A stretch of DNA of 37,317 nt from Bacteroidota bacterium. Its GTDB lineage: Bacteria; Bacteroidota; Bacteroidia; NS11-12g; UBA955. The number at the start of each line of letters is the position of its first letter. Position 1 is the stretch's first letter. Position numbers and translations under genes: made by a program. The stretch is from the NCBI GenBank assembly GCA_027488495.1, contig JAIYBO010000207.1, forward strand, positions 1 to 37,317, read 5' to 3'. Below the pieces are notes generated by a model. The model was not told where the DNA came from, ran no database searches, and worked only from the letters and a program-made list of their open reading frames with translations. This document shows positions 1-8,884 of this stretch, in pieces.

Positions 1-94
1 GCCATGAAATATTCATCCGTAAAAACTTCCATCAAATCAACAATAATTTTCCTGCACAAACCTACATTTTTTACGCAACTTTGTTATACTAATC

Positions 95-1219
95 ATGCGT
101 GTAGGAATTGTTTGTTATCCCACCTTCGGTGGAAGCGGAGTGTTGGCCACAGAATTGGGAAAAGCACTCGCCAATAAAGGACATGAAGTCCACTTCATCA
201 GTTATAACCAACCCGCAAGATTGGATTTTTTCAGCGAAAATGTCTTCTATCACGAAGTCAATATCGCCAAATACCCCCTATTTGAATACGCACCCTACGA
301 AACCGCACTGGCAGGCAAAATGGTTGATATCGTGCAATCAGCACACCTCGATGTTCTGCACGTACATTACGCCATCCCACATGCATCAGCGGCCCTGTTG
401 GCAAAACAAATTCTCCAGCAAAAAGGCATTACCATTCCCGTTGTTACCACACTTCACGGAACAGATATCACCCTAGTTGGCAGAGAAGTCACCTATGAGC
501 ACGTGGTGAGCTGGAGCATCAATCAGTCCGATGCCGTAACCGCAGTATCCAATAAACTCAAAGAAGAAACCCTTGAACATTTTGATATCACCCGCGAAAT
601 TGACGTCATCCCCAATTTCATCGATTTCAATCGATTCAATAAAAAACCCCGCGAACACTTCAAACAAATGATTGCACCAAACGGGGAAAAAATCATCATC
701 CACACCTCAAACTTCCGCAAAGTGAAACGCGTGGAAGATGTGGTGGCCATATTTAGTAGAATCATCAAAGAAATTCCAGCCAAATTACTCCTCATCGGCG
801 ATGGCCCAGAAAGATCTCATATCGAAAAAGTCTGCAGAGAACACAAAACCTGTGATTGGGTTACCTTCCTCGGAAAACAAGAAGCCATAGAAGAAATTCT
901 CAGCATTGGCGATTTATTTGTGCTGCCCTCCGAATCAGAAAGCTTTGGCTTGGCCGCGCTAGAAGCCATGGCCTGTGAAGTACCCGTAATTAGCTCCAAT
1001 GCTGGCGGTATTCCCGAAGTAAACATCAACGGCGTGACTGGTTTTCTTTCCGATGTGGGCGATGTAGATAGCATGGCTCAAAATGCCATCACCCTGCTCA
1101 AAGACCCTGAAATGCTGAAAACTTTTCGCAAAAATGCATTGAAACAAGCGCACAACTTCGACCTTAAAACCATTCTCCTTCAATACGAAGCGGTTTACAA
1201 CAGGGTGGTAAATCAATAA
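95..1219 (+). CDS. bshA: GT4 glycosyltransferase, N-acetyl-alpha-D-glucosaminyl L-malate synthase (bacillithiol biosynthesis BshA)
   Basis: 374-aa ORF with an ATG start. The N-terminus [35 protein letters not shown] and the C-terminal [27 protein letters not shown] (EX7E GT4 motif) match the BshA subfamily as I remember it. Confidence 0.75.
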   Translation: MRVGIVCYPTFGGSGVLATELGKALANKGHEVHFISYNQPARLDFFSENVFYHEVNIAKYPLFEYAPYETALAGKMVDIVQSAHLDVLHVHYAIPHASAALLAKQILQQKGITIPVVTTLHGTDITLVGREVTYEHVVSWSINQSDAVTAVSNKLKEETLEHFDITREIDVIPNFIDFNRFNKKPREHFKQMIAPNGEKIIIHTSNFRKVKRVEDVVAIFSRIIKEIPAKLLLIGDGPERSHIEKVCREHKTCDWVTFLGKQEAIEEILSIGDLFVLPSESESFGLAALEAMACEVPVISSNAGGIPEVNINGVTGFLSDVGDVDSMAQNAITLLKDPEMLKTFRKNALKQAHNFDLKTILLQYEAVYNRVVNQ

Positions 1220-1701
1220 TTTTCTTTCAAAAACTTGAGCGCCAATCCAATTTGGTTCTCCACCGTCTTGGGTGAAATATCCATCAATTCTGCAATCTCT
1301 TTGTAGCTCAATTCATGCATCCGACTAAACAAAAAAACCTGCTTGCATTTGGTGGGTAACTTATCGATCAATTGATTGATTTTTGCCGTTGATTCCTTCG
1401 CCTCTAAATGCTCCAAGGCATTAAAATCCTTGCTTGCTACCGGCATTTCATCTTTCATCGAATCAAATGGCAATCGCGTTCTCTTGATTTGATTCAAACT
1501 CCGATTCTTAACCGCTCTAAACAGATAACTCTTTAGCGCTTCCATCCCCAACAAATCACTGTGCCTCTCCCAAATGGCAATAAATACATCGTTTACAACC
1601 TCTTCAGCATCCGTCACACTCCGCGTAATCGACAATGCAAACTGCATCAACGCGGGTCTGTACTTCTTATAAATTTCCTCAAAAGTAGGTTGCTGGCTCA
1701 A
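1213..1701 (-). CDS. RNA polymerase ECF sigma-70 factor (Bacteroides-expansion-family-1-like)
   Basis: 162-aa ORF. Region 2 reads DAEEVVNDVFIAIWERHSDL...SYLFRAVKNRSLNQIKR and the region 4 HTH reads ELSYKEIAELMDISPKTVENQIGLALKFL. The first in-frame start is TTG (1699-1701). The 3' end overlaps the bshA stop by 7 nt in convergent orientation. Confidence 0.8.
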   Translation of the reverse strand: MSQQPTFEEIYKKYRPALMQFALSITRSVTDAEEVVNDVFIAIWERHSDLLGMEALKSYLFRAVKNRSLNQIKRTRLPFDSMKDEMPVASKDFNALEHLEAKESTAKINQLIDKLPTKCKQVFLFSRMHELSYKEIAELMDISPKTVENQIGLALKFLKENY

Positions 1702-1764
1702 TGGAATTATTTGCTATTCTATGCAAAATAACAAAACAGTCAGCACATTACCCGTTGCAACCCA

Positions 1765-3969
1765 TCAATTCCCAACGTCACTCAGAAATTGAATGTGCAT
1801 AAGTTCGAGTTCCTCATGACTAAAATCGCCCTCAAAATAGGCCACCGCCTTATCAATATCTGCCTCATCCGTGGTCTTGAAATACGCCAAAACCTCGGCC
1901 TGTAAATCCTCCTCCAAAAACTGATTCAAAAAATATCGCAGATTCAACTTGGTTCCGGAATTCACGATTTGCTCCAATTCGTGCAACAACTCATCAAAAC
2001 TGATACCCAATTGCTTGGCGATATCCGGCAAATCCACCTTTTTATCGATGTTCAAAATGATATTCACCCGCTTCGCAGATCTTTCAGAATTGCCCTTGAG
2101 CACAATATCTTGAGGCCTTTCTATCTGATTCTCCTTCACAAAATCCGATATATAAGAAACAAACGGCTCACCAAATTTCATGGCCTTGTTCTTGCCCACG
2201 CCGTTGATGTTCCCCAACTCGTCAATATTCATGGGGTACTTCGTGGCCATGTCCTCCAGACTCGGATCTTGAAAAATCACATAAGGTGGCAATGACAAAT
2301 CCTTGGCCACTTTTCTTCTCAAATCTTTCAAATGATTGAACAGTTCCTCATCACAGATGCTCTCGGTTTTGAAGCTTTCGTAATCCTCATCACTCACACT
2401 ATCAAACTCCACATCCACCGCCATTTCATGAAACGTAGGATTTTTCAAATAGGCCTCCCCATCTGCCGAGATACTCATCAACCCGTACTTCTCGATGTTC
2501 TTGTTCAAATACCCATGAACCAAAGCCAATCGCATCAAGGATTTCCAAAACAACTTGTCTTTCTCTTTCCCAAATCCAAAATCCACCAACAAATCATGCC
2601 CATAATCCCGAATACTATCGATCCGCTTCCCAACGAAAAAATTCACCAAATGATTCATCCCCAACTCACTCTTCAAGTTCACAATGGAATTCAACATGGC
2701 AACCAATTCATTGGTCACTTCTTGTTTGGGCTTGGGATGTGCGCAGTTATCACACATCTTATTGCAATCACCCTCCTCAAAATGCTCACCAAAATAATGC
2801 AACAACAACTTGCGCCTGCAATGACTGCTCTCTGCAAATGCCGCCGTTTCTGCTATCAACAAACTCCCAATCTCTTGCTCCGCCACCGGCTTGTCCTTCA
2901 TGAACTTCTCCAACTTCTCAATGTCCGATGGATTATAAAACAACAAACAATCCCCTTGCAAACCATCGCGACCGCCCCGGCCTGTCTCTTGATAATACCC
3001 CTCTAAACTCTTCGGCACATCGTAGTGAATCACAAACCGAACATCTGGCTTATCAATCCCCATTCCAAAGGCTATCGTAGCCACAATCACATTGCAATCC
3101 TCCATCAAAAACGCATCCTGGTGCTGACCCCTCACTTTAGAATCTAACCCCGCATGATACGGCAACGCCTTGATGCCATTCATGTTCAACATCTCCGAAA
3201 TCTCTTCAACCTTCTTGCGCGACAAACAATAAACGATACCGCTCTTGTTTGTCCGAGCCTTGATAAATGATATGATCTCTTTATGGACAATGTCTTTGCG
3301 GCCCTTTGGACGAACCTGATAATATAAATTGGAACGATTGAATGAACTCTTGAACAAATTGGATGTCATCATCCCCAAATTCTTCTGAACATCCTGCTGA
3401 ACTTTTGGTGTAGCTGTTGCTGTTAAAGCCATCACAGGCACATCATCGATGGCCTTCACCATCTGTTTAATTCTGCGATATTCTGGGCGGAAATCATGAC
3501 CCCACTCTGAAATACAATGCGCCTCATCCACTGCAACAAAAGAAATTTTTACCTGCTTGAGCAAATCAATGGTTTCATCCTTCTTCAATGTTTCAGGTGC
3601 CACATACAACAACTTGGTCTCACCACTCAACATATCTTCAATCACCTGATTCAGTTCAGACTTGCTCAATGAACTGTTTAGAAAGTGAGCCAATGAACTC
3701 TTTTGAGCAAAACCACGAATATTATCAACCTGATTTTTCATCAGAGCAATCAATGGTGAAATCACAATCGCCGTTCCCTCCATCATCACCGCTGGCAATT
3801 GATAACACATCGATTTGCCCGCACCCGTTGGCATGATCACAAAACAATCTTCCCCCGCCAAAATACTGTTCACCACCGCCTCTTGATTTCCTTTGAATCC
3901 ATCAAAGCCAAAAAACTCTTTCAATACCTTCCTAGGCTCCAATTGGGGAGCTATCGCCGCTGATTGCAT
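1765..3969 (-). CDS. recQ: ATP-dependent DNA helicase RecQ
   Basis: 734-aa ORF with Walker A MPTGAGKS, DEAH box VAVDEAHCISEWGHDFRPEY and Zn-binding cysteines CRRKLLLHYFGE...CDNC. A C-terminal region is consistent with RQC and HRDC domains. Confidence 0.92.
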   Translation of the reverse strand: MQSAAIAPQLEPRKVLKEFFGFDGFKGNQEAVVNSILAGEDCFVIMPTGAGKSMCYQLPAVMMEGTAIVISPLIALMKNQVDNIRGFAQKSSLAHFLNSSLSKSELNQVIEDMLSGETKLLYVAPETLKKDETIDLLKQVKISFVAVDEAHCISEWGHDFRPEYRRIKQMVKAIDDVPVMALTATATPKVQQDVQKNLGMMTSNLFKSSFNRSNLYYQVRPKGRKDIVHKEIISFIKARTNKSGIVYCLSRKKVEEISEMLNMNGIKALPYHAGLDSKVRGQHQDAFLMEDCNVIVATIAFGMGIDKPDVRFVIHYDVPKSLEGYYQETGRGGRDGLQGDCLLFYNPSDIEKLEKFMKDKPVAEQEIGSLLIAETAAFAESSHCRRKLLLHYFGEHFEEGDCNKMCDNCAHPKPKQEVTNELVAMLNSIVNLKSELGMNHLVNFFVGKRIDSIRDYGHDLLVDFGFGKEKDKLFWKSLMRLALVHGYLNKNIEKYGLMSISADGEAYLKNPTFHEMAVDVEFDSVSDEDYESFKTESICDEELFNHLKDLRRKVAKDLSLPPYVIFQDPSLEDMATKYPMNIDELGNINGVGKNKAMKFGEPFVSYISDFVKENQIERPQDIVLKGNSERSAKRVNIILNIDKKVDLPDIAKQLGISFDELLHELEQIVNSGTKLNLRYFLNQFLEEDLQAEVLAYFKTTDEADIDKAVAYFEGDFSHEELELMHIQFLSDVGN

Positions 3970-4112
3970 AAATTCAGTTAATCAATGTTTTTTTGTTAAA
4001 ACGAAAACGTAATGTGAATGTGAAATTACGAAGAATTTCCCAACTCAGCACCTGCCATTGGCAATTTTTACAACCGCTCAGATAATTTTTGGTTACTTTG
4101 CAATAAAAATAG

Positions 4113-5093
4113 ATGGCCAATACCTCAAATTCCGCTGAATTGATCAAATCATACGGCATTCAAGCCATAGAAAATGAATTGAATTCCCTTCATGCCCTGT
4201 CACAATTCATCGATGAACAATTTGCTGCAGTCATTGAACTTCTTCTGCTCAACCAAGGTCGAGCCATCATCACAGGTATCGGAAAAAGTGCCATCATCGC
4301 CCAGAAAATTGTAGCCACCCTGAATTCAACCGGACAGCCAGCGCTCTTCATGCATGCCGCAGATGCCATCCACGGTGATCTTGGTATGATTCAACAAAAC
4401 GACGTGGTTATTGCGATATCAAAAAGTGGAAACACCCCCGAAATTCAGTCTTTGGCACCCCTACTCAAACGTTTCAACAACAAATTGGTGGCCATTGTGG
4501 GCAATGTCAATAGCCAATTGGCACAACAAGCCGATTATGTACTGAATACCACCATAGACCGTGAAGCTTGCCCCAACAATTTAGCGCCCACCACCAGTAC
4601 CACTGCACAATTGCTCATGGGAGATGCCATAGCCATTGCCTTGATACAAATGCGCGGTTTCAACAGCCAAGACTTTTCCAAATACCACCCCGGTGGCGCC
4701 TTGGGGAAAAAACTATACCTACAGTGCGGTAGCATTGCTCAGAACAATGCCAAACCCGCTGTTTCACCAAATACCCCATGGAAAGAAGTCATCCTTACCA
4801 TCACCAAAAATCGCTTGGGTGCAACCGCTGTAATCAATGAACAACAACAAATTGTTGGCATTATCACCGATGGTGATATCCGCAGAATGCTAGAAAATTA
4901 TACCGATTTCCAGCAACTTACCGCCGAAAAAATCATGTCGCATTCTCCCATTAGCGTAGAAGCCAACGCAATGGCCACAGAAGTTGCCGCTTTGATGCAA
5001 GAGAAGAAAATCACCCAATTACTAGTAACACAACAGAGTATTTACTTTGGCGTTGTACATTTGCACGACCTTTATAAAGAGGGTATTTTATGA
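4113..5093 (+). CDS. KpsF/GutQ-family sugar-phosphate isomerase (arabinose-5-phosphate isomerase, SIS + tandem CBS)
   Basis: 326-aa ORF with SIS motif GIGKSAIIAQKIVATLNSTGQPALFMHAADAIHGDLG and a C-terminal CBS pair. Its stop overlaps the next start (ATGA at 5090-5093). Confidence 0.85.
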   Translation: MANTSNSAELIKSYGIQAIENELNSLHALSQFIDEQFAAVIELLLLNQGRAIITGIGKSAIIAQKIVATLNSTGQPALFMHAADAIHGDLGMIQQNDVVIAISKSGNTPEIQSLAPLLKRFNNKLVAIVGNVNSQLAQQADYVLNTTIDREACPNNLAPTTSTTAQLLMGDAIAIALIQMRGFNSQDFSKYHPGGALGKKLYLQCGSIAQNNAKPAVSPNTPWKEVILTITKNRLGATAVINEQQQIVGIITDGDIRRMLENYTDFQQLTAEKIMSHSPISVEANAMATEVAALMQEKKITQLLVTQQSIYFGVVHLHDLYKEGIL

Positions 5094-6172
5094 GCTTAAA
5101 CAAAAACCATTACGTATTGATCATGGCCGGAGGTATCGGCAGCAGATTTTGGCCGGTGAGCAAAAAGAGCTTCCCCAAGCAGTTCATCGATATCATGGGT
5201 ACAGGTGAATCGCTCATCAAACAAACCTACAACCGTTTCAGTCACATGGTACCCCAAGAGAACATCTTCGTGGTTACCAATACAGATTACGTGCCTTTGG
5301 TGCAAACTCACATCCCCGAAATGCATATTTCAAGGATATTGCACGAACCCTTGGCGAAAAATACAGCTCCCTGTATTGCATTGGCAAACCGCCACATCTT
5401 CCAGCAAAACCCAGATGCTGTTTGTCTTGTAGCGCCCAGTGATCACCTCATCAGCAACGAAGTGGCCTTCATCGAAACCGCCACCCACGCCATGAATTTC
5501 GCCGCAAACCACGATGCACTCGTGACATTGGGTATCAAACCCACTCGCCCCGATACCGGATACGGTTACATACAATTCAACCCCGAGTTGGATGGCAGCG
5601 GATTGCATCGCGTGAAAACCTTTACCGAAAAACCCAGCGAAGACATCGCCAAGAGCTTTTTGGAAAGCGGAGAATTCCTCTGGAACGCCGGCATCTTCGT
5701 GTGGAGCATGAAAGCCATCAACCGCAGCATCGAACAACACATCCCCGAAATACACCAAATTTTTGCCGAAGTTGATACACTGAGCCCCAATTACAGCGAC
5801 CAATTGGAACAAGCCTACTCACTCACGCCCAGCATTAGCATCGATTATGGCGTCTTGGAGAAGGAAAGTGAAGTATTCGTGATGCCCGCCAATTTCGGTT
5901 GGAACGATCTAGGTACTTGGAAAAGCCTTTGGGATGTAAGCGACCGAAATGAAAAAAACAACGCCATCGTTGGGAAAAACGTGCACGTGTACAACACCAC
6001 AGAAAGCCTCGTTTTCAATAACTCACAAAAGCTGATCGTGGTAAACGGAGTAGACAATATCGTCATTGTTGAATCAGATGAAGTTCTCTTGGTCATGAAC
6101 AAAGACAAAGAGCAAGAGTTGAAAACCATTGTGAACGAAATCAAAGACCGTTACAAGGGAAAATTCAACTAG
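5090..6172 (+). CDS. Mannose-1-phosphate guanylyltransferase (nucleotidyltransferase-only form)
   Basis: 360-aa ORF with the N-terminal NTP-transferase motif VLIMAGGIGSRFWPVSKKSFPKQF. It is translationally coupled to the upstream isomerase gene. Confidence 0.8.
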   Translation: MSLNKNHYVLIMAGGIGSRFWPVSKKSFPKQFIDIMGTGESLIKQTYNRFSHMVPQENIFVVTNTDYVPLVQTHIPEMHISRILHEPLAKNTAPCIALANRHIFQQNPDAVCLVAPSDHLISNEVAFIETATHAMNFAANHDALVTLGIKPTRPDTGYGYIQFNPELDGSGLHRVKTFTEKPSEDIAKSFLESGEFLWNAGIFVWSMKAINRSIEQHIPEIHQIFAEVDTLSPNYSDQLEQAYSLTPSISIDYGVLEKESEVFVMPANFGWNDLGTWKSLWDVSDRNEKNNAIVGKNVHVYNTTESLVFNNSQKLIVVNGVDNIVIVESDEVLLVMNKDKEQELKTIVNEIKDRYKGKFN

Positions 6173-6200
6173 TTTTTTTTGCAATCTTTTGCATTTTTAA

Positions 6201-6208
6201 TATATTTG
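6201..6208 (+). promoter_or_regulatory. Perfect Bacteroidota -7 promoter box TAnnTTTG (TATATTTG), about 100 nt upstream of the EamA start
   Basis: Exact match to the TAnnTTTG consensus, read directly from the sequence. It lies upstream of two hairpins and the terminator at 6269-6298. Confidence 0.35.
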
Positions 6209-6268
6209 TAGTGTTATCGGTTATTTCGATAACGCCAACTGTTACGCGCTTTTATATACCAACATCCT

Positions 6269-6298
6269 GGCCGCTTTAATCAGCGGCCTTGATTTTTT
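6269..6298 (+). terminator. Rho-independent terminator (GGCCGCT-ttaatc-AGCGGCC followed by TTGATTTTTT)
   Basis: A perfect 7-bp GC-rich stem with a 6-nt loop and a T-rich tail. It lies 97 nt after the guanylyltransferase stop and only 10 nt before the EamA ATG. Confidence 0.7.
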
Positions 6299-6307
6299 AA
6301 ACAGGTT

Positions 6308-7273
6308 ATGGCTTCTGAAACTTCTCCAAGAACGAAAGCATTTATTGCACTCCATTCTGCCGTATTCCTTTGGGGGTTTACTGCCATTCTTGGAAAACTC
6401 ATTTCCTATGGTTCCATTACTTTAGTTTGGCATCGCATGATGTTAACTGCCATCATTTATTTATTGATGCCCGCAGTATGGAAATCACTGAAAGGACTTT
6501 CTCTTAAAACAGCAATGACATTTTGGGGCATTGGTTTGTTGGTTTGTGCGCATTGGCTCACATTTTATGGCAGCATCAAACTGGGCAATTCTGTATCAGT
6601 CACCTTGGCATGCCTGGGGTCAGCCTCATTTTTCGCATCCATCATCGAGCCAATAGTACTCAAACAACCCTTCTCAAAAAGAGATATTTATATGGGTTTG
6701 ATTGTGGTTCTTGGAATCCTTTTTATCTATTTCTCACTACCCGAAAATCAACCGGGCCATATAGCAAAAGTGGGCGATGTCTCTTATGGATGGGCTGTAA
6801 TTACCGGTCTATTAAGCGCTGCACTCGCCGCAACATTTACAACGCTCAATAAGGCCAATATTCATCGAGCCAAACCGCTCGCCATTTCTACCTTGGAAAT
6901 GATGTCAGGCGCACTGATTCTGTCGTTGATTATCCCTTTGATTTCCTCAGACCCTATCGTTTTTTTACCCCCCATAAACCCTGAAATCCTTACGATCAAC
7001 AACATCGCAAACGGACCGTGGGATTTGATATGGATTTTATTGCTCGCCTTGCTCTGCACCAATCTCACTTTTTACCTCGGAACCTATGCCCTCAATCAGC
7101 TTAGCGCGTTTACCGCAAACCTCACAGTAAACCTAGAGCCCATCTATGGCATCGTCTTGGGCGCGCTGATTTTTAACGAAAACGAAGACCTGAACATTTG
7201 GTTCTATTGTGGAGCAGCAATCATCTTAGGTGCGATTTTCACCCAAGCATATTTATCTAGCAAAAAGAATTAA
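6308..7273 (+). CDS. EamA/DMT-family transporter (10-TM permease)
   Basis: 321-aa, highly hydrophobic ORF with two-fold internal EamA-like organisation (about 10 hydrophobic segments). It overlaps the proS stop by 4 nt in convergent orientation. Confidence 0.7.
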   Translation: MASETSPRTKAFIALHSAVFLWGFTAILGKLISYGSITLVWHRMMLTAIIYLLMPAVWKSLKGLSLKTAMTFWGIGLLVCAHWLTFYGSIKLGNSVSVTLACLGSASFFASIIEPIVLKQPFSKRDIYMGLIVVLGILFIYFSLPENQPGHIAKVGDVSYGWAVITGLLSAALAATFTTLNKANIHRAKPLAISTLEMMSGALILSLIIPLISSDPIVFLPPINPEILTINNIANGPWDLIWILLLALLCTNLTFYLGTYALNQLSAFTANLTVNLEPIYGIVLGALIFNENEDLNIWFYCGAAIILGAIFTQAYLSSKKN

Positions 7274-8748
7274 TAAGCTTTTGCGAATACCACCCTGCCA
7301 GCGCTCGGCTTGCCACTGTATACGCAAACCCCAGCCTCTTCCCCGCGTTCCAATGGAATACAGCGAATGGTTGCCTTGGTAAGTTCCTTGATCTTCTCTT
7401 CAGTCTCTCCTGTTCCATCCCAATGCGCAATCGCAAAGCCCTCTTTCACATTGATCACCTCCAAAAACTCATCCCAATTGTTGACCTCTTGGGTTTTTTC
7501 TTCACGATATTTCGCAGCACGATCAAACAAATTCTGCTGAATTTCATCCATCAAAGTCAAAATGCGCGCGCGCAAATCTCCCATGGGAACCGCAAATTTC
7601 TCCTTGGTATCCCTCCGTGCAACTTCCACTGAACCAGATTCCAAATCACGCATACCCACAGCCAAACGCACAGGTACCCCCTTCAACTCCCATTCTGCAA
7701 ACTTATAACCAGGCTTGTAAGTATCTCTATCATCAAATTTCACCGTGAGTCCCGCGGCTTTCAACTCAGCAGATAGTGGCTGCATCGCCAATTTGATCGT
7801 TTCCAAGTCCTCATCACTGCGATAAACAGGCACAATCACCACATGAATCGGCGCCAACTTTGGTGGCAATACCAACCCCTCATCGTCGCTATGTGTCATA
7901 ATCAATGCACCCATCAATCGGGTAGAAACACCCCAACTTGTGGCCCAAACATATTCCAATTTGCCTTCCTTGCTTTGAAACTTCACATCAAAAGCCTTGG
8001 CAAAATTCTGACCCAAGAAGTGGCTCGTGCCCATCTGAAGGGCCTTTCCATCTTGCATCATGCCCTCAATACAATATGTATCATCGGCACCCGCAAAACG
8101 CTCATTCTCCGTTTTAACACCCTTAATCACCGGAACAGCCATAAAGGTTTCAGCAAATTCTGCGTATACTTCAAGCATTTTTCGCGCTTCTACCAATGCC
8201 TCCTCTTTGGTGGCGTGTGCGGTATGCCCTTCTTGCCACAAGAATTCAGCCGTGCGCAAGAACAACCGAGTACGCATTTCCCAACGCACCACATTGGCCC
8301 ATTGGTTGATTAAAATTGGCAAATCGCGATAGCTTTGAATCCAGTTTTTATAGGTATTCCAAATGATGGCCTCAGATGTTGGACGAACAATCAATTCTTC
8401 CTCCAATTTCGAATCTGGATCCGCCATCAAATGTCCAGGTTTATCTGGATTGGCTTTTAATCTGTAGTGGGTTACCACTGCACATTCTTTGGCGAAGCCT
8501 TCCGCGTTTTTCTCCTCTTTTTCGAACAAGCTTTTGGGCACAAACAGCGGAAAATATGCATTCACGTGACCCGTTTCTTTAAACATGTCATCGAGTTGGC
8601 GCTGCATTTTTTCCCAAATGGCATACCCATAAGGCTTAATAACCATGCAACCTTTTACGGCACTGTGTTCGGCCAAATCGGCATTTTTTACCAGGTTGTT
8701 ATACCATTCACTATAATTTTCGCTGCGTTTTACTTTTTCAAAAGCCAT
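7270..8748 (-). CDS. proS: Proline--tRNA ligase, archaeal/eukaryote-like type
   Basis: 492-aa ORF with class II aaRS motifs (e.g. [30 protein letters not shown]). The C-terminal domain ends ...FAKAY, and a terminal Tyr is typical of this ProRS type. Confidence 0.9.
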   Translation of the reverse strand: MAFEKVKRSENYSEWYNNLVKNADLAEHSAVKGCMVIKPYGYAIWEKMQRQLDDMFKETGHVNAYFPLFVPKSLFEKEEKNAEGFAKECAVVTHYRLKANPDKPGHLMADPDSKLEEELIVRPTSEAIIWNTYKNWIQSYRDLPILINQWANVVRWEMRTRLFLRTAEFLWQEGHTAHATKEEALVEARKMLEVYAEFAETFMAVPVIKGVKTENERFAGADDTYCIEGMMQDGKALQMGTSHFLGQNFAKAFDVKFQSKEGKLEYVWATSWGVSTRLMGALIMTHSDDEGLVLPPKLAPIHVVIVPVYRSDEDLETIKLAMQPLSAELKAAGLTVKFDDRDTYKPGYKFAEWELKGVPVRLAVGMRDLESGSVEVARRDTKEKFAVPMGDLRARILTLMDEIQQNLFDRAAKYREEKTQEVNNWDEFLEVINVKEGFAIAHWDGTGETEEKIKELTKATIRCIPLERGEEAGVCVYSGKPSAGRVVFAKAY

Positions 8749-8762
8749 ATTACTATTGGTTA

Positions 8763-8770
8763 CAAAGTTA
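8763..8770 (-). promoter_or_regulatory. Perfect -7 box TAACTTTG on the minus strand, 14 nt upstream of the proS ATG
   Basis: The reverse complement of caaagtta matches TAnnTTTG. It sits between the nrdJ terminator and the proS start. Confidence 0.45.
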
Positions 8771-8804
8771 AATTGTTTTGAGGTGTGGGATTGGGAAATT
8801 TTTT

Positions 8805-8842
8805 AAAAAGAAACCCCCCAGCGGCTCTGCCGTTGGGGGGTT
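8805..8842 (-). terminator. Rho-independent terminator of nrdJ
   Basis: The minus-strand RNA reads AACCCCCCAACGG-cagag-CCGCUGGGGGGUU (one C-A mismatch) followed by UCUUUUU. It lies 43 nt after the nrdJ stop. Confidence 0.7.
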
Positions 8843-8884
8843 GTATTCGGTTTATAAAAACCTAGTTCTTACTATTTCATTTGC

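Noticed and set aside
108-476. A same-strand alternative-frame ORF (122 aa) inside bshA.
   Set aside because: It lies entirely within the strongly supported bshA frame, and its product is low-complexity with no motifs.
2332-3006. Long antisense ORFs opposite well-supported genes. Examples are 2332..3006 opposite recQ, 10220..10771 and 11240..11806 opposite nrdJ, 33449..33988 opposite fabD, and 34640..35104 and 34845..35354 opposite the acyltransferase.
   Set aside because: Their products are low-complexity H/Q/P/T/N-rich strings with no recognisable motifs. Each lies fully inside a gene with strong family signatures on the other strand. The G-poor plus strand in these stretches has few TAG/TGA stops, which explains the open frames.
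4008-4030. The hairpin CGTAAT-gtgaatgtgaa-ATTACG in the recQ / isomerase divergent promoter region.
   Set aside because: It is only a 6-bp AT-rich stem with an 11-nt loop and no flanking U-tract. It is too weak to call as an operator or terminator.
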